Positions 35,310 through 46,123 of a stretch of DNA of 64,000 bases are shown in pieces. The stretch is taken from IMG/VR virus record IMGVR_UViG_3300048592_001370; one strand, given 5' to 3'. Position 1 is the first letter of the stretch. Every line of letters starts with the position of its first letter. The notes under the pieces were generated by a model that saw only the letters and a program-made list of their open reading frames with translations, was not told the DNA's origin and did not search any database. The DNA comes from an uncultured virus (IMG/VR IMGVR_UViG_3300048592_001370). Its lineage: Duplodnaviria; Heunggongvirae; Uroviricota; Caudoviricetes. Position numbers and translations under genes: made by a program.

Positions 35310-36044
35310 TTACCGCTTTTTACCACTCGGTAGAAGTGATGCCCAACTGCCAGCACTTCCTTCTGTTTTTGCACGACTAGGTGATTTGTCTAGTTTCTGC
35401 TTTCTTTGCCCTTTCTCCCTTTCTGAATAAGACACCGGAACTGGAGCACATCCCATATCATCATGAAGATGCAACCCCAGAATTTGTTTCTCCGAGACAT
35501 GGCACGGTCTCGGGTTGCGGAACAACGTACTGTTATCCCAATAATTCGGTCTCGTTCCTTCTGCTACTTCACGAATAACGAAGAGTCGTTCCTTCAGGTG
35601 TTTTTCGCCGTCTCGTGAATTTACAATGACTTGGGTAGCAAGCCAGCTGCACAAAGGAAGTACGGTGAGAAAGCCGCGATCATGCAGTAGATTGAGTCGC
35701 AATATCCGGTTGAACGGGTTTTGCCCCTTTACTTGCAAGTTTTCTGCCAGGAAATAGGACTTCCCGTCTACACATGACTTTACAATCGTTCCCGTCACAC
35801 GGCTTTCTGCGAATTTGAACCCACCGATCCTATTTCGGACAGGCTTGTACAGCTTGATTGGCACGTTGCTCCGTTTCAGGACCTCTTTTTGCTTGTCGGA
35901 GAAGACACTCGCATCCAGTCGTCCTTTGACATAGACCAGAACAACAGGAACACCTTCTATCTCTGGCGTGAGAAACATGTCCAGCGAGCGTTTCTTCCTC
36001 GCAAGGTTAGCTTCCTCCAAGTTTTTACCTGATAGGATAGCCAT
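35310..36044 (-). CDS. Hypothetical protein
   Basis: 244 aa; GAGGA RBS. Confidence 0.65.
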   Translation of the reverse strand: MAILSGKNLEEANLARKKRSLDMFLTPEIEGVPVVLVYVKGRLDASVFSDKQKEVLKRSNVPIKLYKPVRNRIGGFKFAESRVTGTIVKSCVDGKSYFLAENLQVKGQNPFNRILRLNLLHDRGFLTVLPLCSWLATQVIVNSRDGEKHLKERLFVIREVAEGTRPNYWDNSTLFRNPRPCHVSEKQILGLHLHDDMGCAPVPVSYSEREKGQRKQKLDKSPSRAKTEGSAGSWASLLPSGKKR

Positions 36045-36051
36045 GTTTTCC

Positions 36052-36534
36052 TCAGGCGTCTTCTCGTACTCGCGGGACGCCCCAGAACAGTCGTTGCTGT
36101 TGCTCCCATGTTCGTGCTTTCTCGATAGCCGCGCAGATCAGCTCTTTGTGCCCTGGAAGTTCCAGGAAGGAAGGATCCAGTAGCTCCTCTTCCGTAAGCA
36201 TCTTCGACATCTCCAGAAGTACTTCTCCCTCCACTTCCGGTTTGTTGTCCGCGGTTCTCAACAGCGAAGTAATGCGGTAGACGCAAACTTTGGTACGGTA
36301 TTCCTCCGGCCCGGATTTCTCCACAGTAGCCGTGACGTACATGCTACCTAGCGTGATAGGCATTAGGTAACGGTGTATGCCAGCGGATCGATCAAAGATT
36401 ACCGGCAGCTTCTCGCCGTTCGGACCAGCTACCAGCACGGAGAAACCGCCGCTAGTTCGTGGAAGCCATAACCCGGATTCCCACATGGCGAAGTTTCCTT
36501 GCTTCGTCACGTCATATTTTGGAAAGGCTTTCAT
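36052..36534 (-). CDS. Hypothetical protein
   Basis: 160 aa; AAGGA RBS. Confidence 0.7.
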   Translation of the reverse strand: MKAFPKYDVTKQGNFAMWESGLWLPRTSGGFSVLVAGPNGEKLPVIFDRSAGIHRYLMPITLGSMYVTATVEKSGPEEYRTKVCVYRITSLLRTADNKPEVEGEVLLEMSKMLTEEELLDPSFLELPGHKELICAAIEKARTWEQQQRLFWGVPRVREDA

Positions 36535-36543
36535 GATGTTTCC

Positions 36544-37266
36544 TTATTTGAGAAGACTACGCAGAGTATTTCGCAGGCTCGTTAAAGTCCCACCTACCCT
36601 GTGGTAGCGGTCTCCGAAGTGTTTCTTCGCGGAGGTGTCGGTGGTATGTGGCATGAAGTCGATCATACCGAGGACGTGGTCGGCAACCAGTCCCGTATTG
36701 TGCGCGTATTTATCGAGGAATCGAAGATTGCACACGGCAGCGAAGTCTTGTTCGATTATGTGCTGTTGCGCGTTCTTGAGTCCCAGAATGACGATTCTGG
36801 GCTTTGACCGCTCTGTAGATTTCCCGGTGGAAATACCGAGATCGGAAACAGGCTGTTGGAAGCGTTTGAGTTCCTGTTCCAGCCGCTTCACGACGGAGGA
36901 ACGTAGTAGCAAGTCATCTAGCAGGGAACCCATGTATTCGCGCAAACCAAGTTTGGCTGATAGTGTCTCCACCAGTTGAGGGATAGTCGCGGCCGCCAAC
37001 GCCTCGTCCAGCAAGCGCAATTTGTCCTGTTCGGCCTTTTCCTTCTCCGCTTTGCGCTTCGCCACTTCCTTATCGACGGCCTCGCGCAGCCAAGGCAGTA
37101 CTGATTCAGAAACGATTGTGCGTCGGCGGCTTTCGTGCAGAACAGTATCTTGAGCCTGATACAACGCCTGGAGTAGGGAGATAACTTGGATCGTTCCCTT
37201 TAGAGAAGCGATTTCCTCGACCAAGGCAGTGCGTTCTTCGACAGTCCAGAAGATTTTGCTTTTCAT
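36544..37266 (-). CDS. Hypothetical protein
   Basis: 240 aa; AAGGAG RBS. Confidence 0.7.
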   Translation of the reverse strand: MKSKIFWTVEERTALVEEIASLKGTIQVISLLQALYQAQDTVLHESRRRTIVSESVLPWLREAVDKEVAKRKAEKEKAEQDKLRLLDEALAAATIPQLVETLSAKLGLREYMGSLLDDLLLRSSVVKRLEQELKRFQQPVSDLGISTGKSTERSKPRIVILGLKNAQQHIIEQDFAAVCNLRFLDKYAHNTGLVADHVLGMIDFMPHTTDTSAKKHFGDRYHRVGGTLTSLRNTLRSLLK

Positions 37267-37280
37267 GATCGGCTCCTTGG

Positions 37281-38393
37281 TTAAGACAACGCAATCACAT
37301 TGCCAGACCGTTTCTGCTCGGCCGGTTGTTCAAGGGTGGTGCCGATGATCTCCTGTATCCGCAGAATATGTACCGGATTGGTGATGGTTAGTGTGGCTGT
37401 TCTGAACTGGCCGTCAGCCGTTCGCTCTACGCGAACATTGCTTCCGCGCTTGTTCTCGTTCTTGAAGCGAAGACCCGCTATCTTTTCGTCGACGCGGAAC
37501 AGTTTCGACAGCCGTTCGCGAATCGAAAGCCTTTGCCACGGACGTGACCAGTATTCGGCCGTATCCACGAACAATGGATGCTTCGACTCTATGGGTTTTT
37601 GGCGGCCCTCATCCTCCTCCTCATACGGAGAAACCCCTTCGTGGCGATCGTCATTGTCGTCGTCGGAACACTCCTCCTCGTTCACTTCTTCATCCGCTGG
37701 ATCGCGTGTCAGCAGTTTTATCAATCCTCTGTCCGGAGCTGGTTCGGAAACCAGTTCCGTCAAAACGTGCAAGTAACGGATCGGCTCATTTGGTGAGAGG
37801 CATTGAAGAATGTCCAATATCTCATTGGCTCGGCCGCGACCTATACGGTAGTAGCGTGCCAATTCGCAGCGAGCCGTTAGCTGCTCGACGCTAGGAAGGA
37901 CTAGCGGCCCCGCGTCCTTGATCACGTCAAGGAGATAGTTGTTACGGCTGATACTTGACAGTGCCGACCGCGTAGCCGCGCTTTTCTTTTTCGCATTACC
38001 GGCTGCTTCTGGAAGCAGAGCCCTGACCAGAGGCAAATCGACCATCTGGCCTATATCTTCGAGAAGTTTGTAATCGCGGGTTGTCTTGCGGCCGATGGAT
38101 GGTACGACGGTATTGGACACGGCGTCAAGCAAAGACAGAATCTTCCTGGAATACACGAAGCCATAGGTATCCCGATAGAAGCGCTGGAATTCGTCACGCT
38201 CTATCTTGAAGGAGTTGTCCACCACCCAGGAGAAATCACTCATGTCGTCGTCACCGCTCAGAATGAACATCCAGAGCGGTATGGGATGGTCGTCGTCCTT
38301 AGGCCAGTCGAATTTTCGCAACATTGAACAAAGACGCTTGTACCCGGGGGCGCAGGAATTGGTATGCTTCAGAAGATTGATGGTCGTGTACAT
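37281..38393 (-). CDS. Hypothetical protein, N-terminal domain shared with 38471-39145
   Basis: MYTTINLLK...PIPLWMFILS..DD.SDFSWV. Confidence 0.7.
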   Translation of the reverse strand: MYTTINLLKHTNSCAPGYKRLCSMLRKFDWPKDDDHPIPLWMFILSGDDDMSDFSWVVDNSFKIERDEFQRFYRDTYGFVYSRKILSLLDAVSNTVVPSIGRKTTRDYKLLEDIGQMVDLPLVRALLPEAAGNAKKKSAATRSALSSISRNNYLLDVIKDAGPLVLPSVEQLTARCELARYYRIGRGRANEILDILQCLSPNEPIRYLHVLTELVSEPAPDRGLIKLLTRDPADEEVNEEECSDDDNDDRHEGVSPYEEEDEGRQKPIESKHPLFVDTAEYWSRPWQRLSIRERLSKLFRVDEKIAGLRFKNENKRGSNVRVERTADGQFRTATLTITNPVHILRIQEIIGTTLEQPAEQKRSGNVIALS

Positions 38394-38470
38394 CTTAAGG
38401 TCACTCCTAGGTTAAGGAAATTGTCGGTTACTTTCTCCGACGGCCCAGACGGGTCAGGTTATGTCCGCAA

Positions 38471-39145
38471 TTAGCTGCTGGCGAGGCCCACCAGTTCATG
38501 CGAGGCCGGCACGGTAACGTAGATCGCGATCGTCACACGTTCTTCGTGCTGTTTGCCCGTGATCTTACCGACGTGAACTTTGCCGTACTTCTTGAACTTG
38601 TCCATGGTGCGGCGCACGTCCAACGTCACCGGCAAAGAACCCGTGGAAAGCACGCTGCTGACTGGGGACTTTGCTTTCGTGGGTTTCTTTTGAGCGTCGT
38701 CCTTGGACCGGGCCTCATGCATGGCGGTGCATTCTTGCATGGCTGCGATGGTGGTCGCATTCGGCGTCTTGATGCCTTTCTTCGGAGTTTCCTTCTTGGC
38801 CTTGGGAATCGGCATGGCCGCGATCTCGCCGTAGATTTCGGATTTGAGTTTGACAACGCATTCCTGCTTAGATTTGCCCTCATCTAGGATGAGGTCGATC
38901 TTCGCAGCGATCTCGGATTTCGTACCTGAAGCTTTGACCTTCTGACCGGACATCTCCAGCTGCGTCACACGATCGTTGTTTGCCACCCAGGAGGCATCAG
39001 CGGCACCGTTGGAATCCAGAATCGCGTAGATCGGGATCGGGGTTTTATCGGTAAAGCCCGGAGTCTTTCGCATAAAGGTCTGTAGCACGTTGACCCGAGA
39101 GGGCATTGCCGAAGAGGCCCGGAGTTTTTCGATTGTCGTGAACAT
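38471..39145 (-). CDS. Hypothetical protein, N-terminal domain shared with 37281-38393
   Basis: MFTTIEKLR...PIPIYAILDSNGAADASWV. Confidence 0.7.
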   Translation of the reverse strand: MFTTIEKLRASSAMPSRVNVLQTFMRKTPGFTDKTPIPIYAILDSNGAADASWVANNDRVTQLEMSGQKVKASGTKSEIAAKIDLILDEGKSKQECVVKLKSEIYGEIAAMPIPKAKKETPKKGIKTPNATTIAAMQECTAMHEARSKDDAQKKPTKAKSPVSSVLSTGSLPVTLDVRRTMDKFKKYGKVHVGKITGKQHEERVTIAIYVTVPASHELVGLASS

Positions 39146-39176
39146 GTTGTTTCCTTTCTTTCAAAGTGTAGAACTA

Positions 39177-42100
39177 CTAGAATGGGTCGACAAAGTTGAA
39201 TCGTACCCGCAACCTCCTTACTTCCTCACGCGCCTTAGACAGTCCCGTTGCTAGACATTCGGGACAGCGCGTGTTACTGCCTTCTTCCGTGTAGTAGCGA
39301 TGTCCTATATCGCACATCTCTGCTATAGGATCCTTCATTGCATTCTTGGGCCCGTGCTCAGTCCCAAGGATGTCCTGTATCTGAGTTACTGCCTCGCTTG
39401 GCATTTTATCGCGCCAAAAGCCCAACCAAGCGTACAGCAAGATTTTCTGGCTAGGAGTTACGACGTTCATAGATGTTAGCCTCCGTGATGTGACCAATTT
39501 CGCCCGTTAGCAGGGCCTTTTCTTCTTCCTCCGTCATTTCCACCGTCTGAATCAGCTGTTGAAAAGTCGTGCTCTTTTGTGGGATAAAGATCCAGTGGTA
39601 GCGATACCGAGCGCCGTGTGGAGGTAGTCGCCATTGCCCAGTCGACCTCAGCTTGCGCTTCTTCGTTGTTTTCATAGTTTGCGCTCAGCCGCCGTCTTTC
39701 CGTTCCAAGCTTCCCATCCGCAACTCTTCTCGTCAGAGCAATACCAATTGCTGTGGTGTGCGGATCGTCCACCCAGGCATAGCAAGTCCTTGCCGCATCG
39801 TGGACACTTGTCTTCTGAGAATGTTGCCCGTGTTCTCGCGGACGATTCCGTGTTTGCCATGTTATGATCCATAGTCAATTGCTACAATTCGGCCGTTCAA
39901 CCACCCGAAGGAACTTTGCTTTTCCTCGACAGGAACGCGACCGTCGCGCTTGTCAATGAAGGCATACGTATCGAGCGCTTCCCATTCCTCGTCTGTGAGC
40001 GGAATGGCCCTTGGCATTACCACCATCCAACCGCCAGGAATGGAGAACAATACCGGACAGAGTTCTTCCCAGCCGATACGCGAGAATTGCCGCTCCTGCA
40101 TATTGCCTAATAGGCCGTGCAGGAACAGGCGCCATTCGGTCGGCCTAGGAAATTTGATGGCCCAGCGCCGCGTCAAGATTACTACGCGAGTGGCTCCCTT
40201 AGCTATTTCGGGCCATACTTTTCGTACAGCTCTTGCAGATTCTTCGCACATTCGTCCGGTGTCCGTGTGTTCGTAACTTGCTGCCAACTGCTGCGTTCCC
40301 TCATTACCGCTGCGGTCAGCTGCGCTTCTGTGAAGAGAGGCGTGAATCGAATTTGGCCTTTGTCGAACCAAACGAACGGTTGAGCCAGAACGACGTGTTG
40401 CCAAAGACAAGACCACCTCCCGTTACGTTGTTCCAACGGAAGGAAACCAAAGGGTTTTAGTTCCTCGGAACTCGATGTTTCGCTCATCGTGGAGGTAGGA
40501 CACATCTCACCAAACTTGGCGGCCAACTCGCGATCGACGCGCAGCGGGAAATCCACCTTGTTCGCTCCAGACAACTTTACAAGTTCTTCGAGTGTGAAGA
40601 TGGGTTTCATAAGGAGGACCTTCCTATCTCGACGCCGTCTATCTCCCAAGAGACACAGGGGTACGGCTGCGACAGTTCATAGAGAGCTCCACAGGTCACG
40701 CACTTGTGCTCGAATGTTGGAGGGAAGGAACGCAGGATCTTTCCTGTCGTTTTCAGTTGCCCGTTGTTGCACGTGTCGCAGGCATACAGAATCAAGTATG
40801 GCCTGGCCGTTGTTCTCTGTTCCGCCATATAACCTCCTAGTCTAGTCCTTCCAGCAGAAGGATTTTGTTGATCTGCACCACGTCGTTCGGCATGCTGGAA
40901 ACATCCAAGGAAACGCTGCGGCCGTAGACTTGGATCTTTTTGTCGTTATCGAGGATGAAGAATCCAGCACTGCGAATCGTACCAGGAAGGAATACGTCTC
41001 GGATGCGATCATGACCGACATATTCAGGAATCAGAACGGCGGCTAGAACACTGCCTACCTCCGATGGTATTTCGCCCACGACGTACTTCCCTTTTGTCCA
41101 TGTCATGACAATCTACCTAGGAGGCGAAGTATCGCGTAGATAGCGCCAGACCATGATACCCAGAGCAGGAAATCAAAGTCCCTGCTGAGCGCTGTTTCGC
41201 CCAAGTACCAGTCACTTAGCCGGAATTTCTTGCCGTACCACGGATGTTCGGGCTTGAGCCAGCGCATGGCAATCTTGTTCACAAGCCAGGTTGGCAACGC
41301 GCGGAACTTGCGCAGACTGATCGGAATGGCCGATGGTCTGTACTGTATGGGAAGATGTTTCATGCGTCCTCCGGTACGTTGCACTTGAGGCACTTCCTCG
41401 GGTACTCCTGGTTCATAGTGCGCGAGTACACGCAGGGTTCGCCTACACAGCGAGTGTAGCGGACACGCTTCGTCTCTGCCTCCCGCTTGTCTTCTGCAAA
41501 CTTGACAAGCTTCCTCGCAAAGTCGGCATAGCCATCCATACCCGTTCGCAGGAACTCGTGGTCCAGGGCGTAGAACTCGGCCATGTCTCGATGGAGACGG
41601 TCGTTTGCACCCAAGCGAACGTCTTCGTCGGCTAAACGCACGCAGGTCTTTTGTGCCTCGTCCATGGCATGTTTGGCGATGCTTGCCAAATTGCTCCATT
41701 GACCGAGAAAGGCCATTTCTTCGATGGCCTTTGCAACGATTTGATTGACGTAGATTACGTGCCGCGACTCCGTGAGACGGAGTTGTTGGGCCGCAAACTC
41801 GTAACTCTGCTGGGCGATCTTCAGCTCGTCGTCCCCACCCACACGCATCTTCGGAATGGCACCGCTCAGGATTAGATGAAGAATGCGAGGGGTTTCGGAT
41901 TCTTTCAATTTGTACTCGAACGTACTCATGTTTCCTCCTCTTCGTTGTCACAGATAACGCAGCCTACTCCGCGTCCCATATCGCAATGGCTGCACTTCAT
42001 ACCTTCGCAAAAGGGACACTCTCGTAGTTCGCCTTCATAATCGGAGCGCCCACACGCTGGACACTCCGGCTTCTCTTCCGTTGCCATAGTTCCTCCTAGT

Positions 42101-44312
42101 CATCACTGGGTGGTAAGCAGCGGTCCGGATATTCCAGCAAGTCCGCAGTTAAGGTGACTCCTTCTCCCAGATGCGGGTAGAAGTGACCCGTCGCAGTATT
42201 TCCGTATGGATTTGGATGTGGGTCAGTCTGATTGACGCTGTCCGGTTCCCAATACTCGGATTCCTCGATAGGGGTCGCTCCAGCCTTGTGATCGCAAACA
42301 CCGGGATCGCCCTCTTCATGGTCCGGCCAAACAGCCCAGAACGTGTCCTCCCGCTTGTAGACCAATCCGTCCGTGTCGGTACGGGCATAACCACTCTTGA
42401 GTCCCATGTTATCCCTCCTATGTCACAAAGCAGTTAGTAATTCGAATGCCGAATTTCTCCAAAATCAGATCCGCCTCCTTCCGCAAAGCGTATCCTTGTA
42501 CCTGCGCTTCGGCCTTGGACTCGAAGTTTACCCAATACACCACGACGAATACTCGGTGGTAGTAAGGTTTTACCAAAGGAGATACATACCATTCAATACG
42601 ATCCGGTTTCTCAGTACCGGACATGAGAGCCGAAAGGATGTGCCCTTGCTCCTCTGGAGAAAACAGGCCTGTATTTTGCGCTGCTTCCTTGCAGCATAGT
42701 TCCACCATCCATCGCTTCAATTTGGACATAGAGTTACTCCATGTGAGCTTGATAAGAGCCGCGAATCGGTTCCTGGGACTTCGTCAGGTAGTCGCGGAAC
42801 TGTTGCAACGCCGGCTGCGGCCGCTCCACATAGTTCTGCAGCCAACCGAGGTAGATCAGCAAGTCGGCCTGTCCTTGCTCGTCGAGCGGAAAGTATGTCC
42901 CACTTCCGCGCAACCCGGACACCGTAGTGAGAGCTACGCCGACCTGTATTCCACCCGGCGTTCTTACCAGTCGAGCGTCGAACAGTATCTCGTGGGTGGC
43001 GTGTTTCCCCGTGCCGAAGGTGATTCGTTTGACACGACCTTCAAACAAGTCGTGTAGCATTTCGACTGGCAGACTAGCAATCATGTTTGGCCTCCGGTTT
43101 CGGCATCAAGGACAGGACTTCTTCGCGTGAACTGCCTTGTCGGAGCAAGTCTGCTACCGCGCACAGATCCTTCAAGCTGACGTGTGCATAGTCCAACAAC
43201 TCAAGCGTCAGCAACAGAGCAACCTTTGCGAGTTTCTCGCCCACGAGTTTGGTTCCAATGTGCGACAGGTTGAAGGCCGTCGCAGGGATCTTGCACACCT
43301 GCATTTGCTCGAAGGTAGACTTTGAGAACTCGTCCAGATCACGGCTAACGAGGAATTGATGGACAATAGCGACTTTGTAGAACAGATCGAGATCGCTTAC
43401 CTGTCCGGAGAACGTCGTCGTGTCGTGGCATCCCAGAACATGGGTTTTGGTAACTACCTTGTCAGGATCGGCAACCGCGACACGTCCGCCGAAGCCAAGT
43501 TCGTAGATGACAAAGAGCTCAAAAGCCTTGGACCACGGTCTCCATTCCTGGATGGGATCGAAGAGCTCGTTTCCACGCTCTCGTTGGGATATGACGTACA
43601 CCTGTCCGTAGCTCATTTTGCGTGGTTCCAGTTCCGCAGTATGAACGCAGACCACGGTTGCGGATACACGACCGTTGTCCCTCCTGTGTAAGGCAGTCCG
43701 ACAAACTTGTGCAGAACTGCGCTCAGACAGGGTTCCGTGATTTCCAAGGCCAGTGAGGGGTCGCTGAGAACAGCACGTGAGACACCGGCCGCGGCATCAC
43801 CCTCCCATGTCACCTGCTGGTCGATGATGTTCTTGCATTGGATTTTGACCATGACGAGAACTCCTTTATTTGCAGAAGCGCGCTCGAAGCGCTGCCACTG
43901 CCGAGCTGGGATCGACGGGTTTCGGACGAACCACCTCCAGCACTGGGTAGTCGTAGCCGACGACCACGCCGCGAACGAGCTTCACGCGGTAGCTGGCCGT
44001 TTTGGGCGGAACAGGTTCGTCGTTCCGTAGAAAGAACTTGTTGAGGAGATAGAACAGGGCGCGTAGCAGGAGGGGACGCTTGACAGCGCCTTTGAGGTAG
44101 ACGCGGCGCCAGCCGAAACCGGTCTCGAAGATGTCGACCGCGGTCTTGATGCGTCGCAGTGCTGCGCCGGATTGGACACAGAAGGTGTCCCAGAGTTGTT
44201 TGGAGATTTGGAAAGAGGCTTCGCAGTCCGGCGTGTTTCGGTTGCGAAGGAAGTAGCGATGGGTAACTCCACGGTAGCAGAATGTGGATTCCGTTGCATA
44301 AGTAGCACGCAT
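39177..44312 (-). other. Array of about 15 small, tightly overlapping hypothetical genes (several CxxC)
   Basis: Consecutive - strand ORFs with GGAG-type RBSs, e.g. 39451-39675, 39672-39878, 40203-40610, 40607-40828, 40837-41106, 41360-41929, 42096-42407, 42418-42729, 42734-43084, 43613-43852, 43866-44312. Confidence 0.7.
39862..40251 (-). CDS. Minimal protein-kinase-like fold protein
   Basis: GATRVV..WAIKFP, VVMPRA, EEKQSSFG, VAIDYG; start uncertain. Confidence 0.5.
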   Translation of the reverse strand: MCEESARAVRKVWPEIAKGATRVVILTRRWAIKFPRPTEWRLFLHGLLGNMQERQFSRIGWEELCPVLFSIPGGWMVVMPRAIPLTDEEWEALDTYAFIDKRDGRVPVEEKQSSFGWLNGRIVAIDYGS

Positions 44313-44363
44313 GTTTTTCTCCTCAAGCTGGTATCAGATTTAAGAACTACAACAAGACGGACA

Positions 44364-44390
44364 GGGTGTGAATCTCATCGGTTCACACCC
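44364..44390 (-). terminator. Hairpin terminator candidate after the histone-like gene
   Basis: 9-bp perfect stem GGGTGTGAA/TTCACACCC. Confidence 0.5.
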
Positions 44391-44398
44391 TTCCGGTA

Positions 44399-45160
44399 TT
44401 ACTCGTCGCCTTCGTCGTCCTTGGCTTTGCGCTTGGACAGCTTCGGAAAAGGCAGGGCCTTCGTGAAAGCCGCTGGTAGGACGCGTGCTGCTTTGCGAAT
44501 CCGACGGTAGATCGGATCCTTCTTGTCCAGCGTCTTCACCTTGCCGCCTTCGCCCTTCATCTTGATTTCCTTGAAGCCGACGCGAATCGCACCGGTCGCC
44601 CGGTTGGCACCAACCCGCAGCAGGATGCGGAAGGAGGAATTGGCAGGCAGCCGGCGTTGCATGTTGGTGACGTAGGACGTGCCGCCGAGGCGCATTGCGA
44701 TGGCCGTCAGCGTATTCGGATCGTATTCCGCCAGATCGGCAAACTTGGCCTTGGGGTTGTCCGGCCGGCCACGGTAGCGGTGAGCGGCCAGGTGGCTGAA
44801 AAGCCCGTCTTTTTGCGTCTGCGTCATCACGACCAGGAAGTGTGGTTTCAGATCCGACGGAGCCTTGAACGTCATCAGCTTCTTTTTCTGCGCTGAGGAC
44901 ATGCGAGGCAGTTTCGGCTTCGCCTTCGTTCCCTTCTTGCGTGCCGGGAAGCCCTTCTTGGCAGGAGCCGGTTCCTCCTCGTCCTCGTCGGCCGCGGCTT
45001 TGCTGGCCCGCGTCTTCGACTTGGCTTTCACCTTGGCTGACTTGGCCGGTGCCTTCTTGGCCGCCGATGCGCGAGTGGTACGGGTCGGCTTCTTGACGGT
45101 TTTCTTCGCTGCTTTGGCCGGAGCTTTCCGGACCGGTTTCTTCTTCGCTTTCTTTACCAT
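44399..45160 (-). CDS. Histone H1-like Lys/Ala-rich protein with globular C-terminal domain
   Basis: KKAKKKPVRKAPAKAAKK... N-terminal region. Confidence 0.75.
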   Translation of the reverse strand: MVKKAKKKPVRKAPAKAAKKTVKKPTRTTRASAAKKAPAKSAKVKAKSKTRASKAAADEDEEEPAPAKKGFPARKKGTKAKPKLPRMSSAQKKKLMTFKAPSDLKPHFLVVMTQTQKDGLFSHLAAHRYRGRPDNPKAKFADLAEYDPNTLTAIAMRLGGTSYVTNMQRRLPANSSFRILLRVGANRATGAIRVGFKEIKMKGEGGKVKTLDKKDPIYRRIRKAARVLPAAFTKALPFPKLSKRKAKDDEGDE

Positions 45161-45256
45161 TACGGTTTCCTTTCTTTCAAAGTTTGTCACATGGTTTTTG
45201 ACTGATCGAAAGTATGCGAAATGTATGCGTGTTTCCGACCAGTTTGCTACGTCTAT

Positions 45257-45285
45257 ATTTTACAGGATTTTGTCAAGAATTGCAA
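45257..45285 (-). promoter_or_regulatory. sigma70-type promoter TTGCAA-N17-TAAAAT
   Basis: 17-nt spacer; shared TGTAAAATATA. Confidence 0.65.
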
Positions 45286-45294
45286 TCTTTGGGT

Positions 45295-45933
45295 CTACCA
45301 CGAAATCACGTGGTTTCCTTGAGATTTTAAGTATTTGTTGGCCTTAGAGAAGTGGCGACATCCGAAAAACGCTCCCCTAGCCAGCGGGGACGGGTGTGCC
45401 GCTCTTAGTACCTGATGATGCGGGTTTTGCAGAAACGGCTCATATTCCTGCGCCTTGTTTCCCCACAACATCCAGACGAGAATGGGTACTTCCTGCAATA
45501 CCTCGATTACCGCATGCGTGAACGGTTTCCACAGCTTTGCGTGACTTCCCGGTTTTCCCTCTTTCACCGTCAGAGCCGTGTTCAGCAGAAGCACCCCTTG
45601 TTTCGCATGGTGCAAACCCAACGGTTTCTTGCTGCCTGTGTCTTCCTCCATTTCTTTCATAATGTTCTTCAAACTAGCGGGTGTCTTCGTTCCTTCGGCA
45701 ACAGCGAAGGACAGACCGATTGCGTTGCCTTTCGTAGGGTAGGGGTCTTGACCTAGAATGACTACGCTGACACGATTTAAGGGTGTGGCGCGAAAGGCGC
45801 GAAAAATCAGTTTCTTTGGAGGAAAACATTCGTAGCGCGAATATTCGTAATTCACCTCCTTCTGCAGATCGTGCCACTCTGCGGAATCCAGACGTTCTTT
45901 GACCGCCGTGGACCAGTTAGGCCGCCGCGTCAT
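45295..45933 (-). CDS. ung: Uracil-DNA glycosylase, family 1
   Basis: ILGQDPY, GLSF, PASLKNI, GVLLLNTALTV, LWG, HPSPL. Confidence 0.95.
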   Translation of the reverse strand: MTRRPNWSTAVKERLDSAEWHDLQKEVNYEYSRYECFPPKKLIFRAFRATPLNRVSVVILGQDPYPTKGNAIGLSFAVAEGTKTPASLKNIMKEMEEDTGSKKPLGLHHAKQGVLLLNTALTVKEGKPGSHAKLWKPFTHAVIEVLQEVPILVWMLWGNKAQEYEPFLQNPHHQVLRAAHPSPLARGAFFGCRHFSKANKYLKSQGNHVISW

Positions 45934-46120
45934 CTTGTTTGAAACGCGTCTTGCGGTGCTTGACGTGGTGGTAGTGTTTCTCCGCACTGAGCAGAATCTT
46001 CTTGAGTTCGCTCCGCGTCGCCTTTCCGATCAGTGTCACCGTCCCATCCTTGTGCTTGATTTCCTTCGGCGGCTCTTCCTTGTGAAAGCACAGCGCAGTC
46101 TTGCCTTGTTTTGACAGCAT
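45917..46120 (-). CDS. Small hypothetical protein
   Basis: AGGAG RBS; lies between alr-like and ung. Confidence 0.55.
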   Translation of the reverse strand: MLSKQGKTALCFHKEEPPKEIKHKDGTVTLIGKATRSELKKILLSAEKHYHHVKHRKTRFKQDDAAA

Positions 46121-46123
46121 GTT

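Noticed and set aside
33830..35333. Long + strand ORFs (33830-34600, 34278-35333) and similar antisense ORFs elsewhere
   Set aside because: Antisense shadows of well-supported - strand genes
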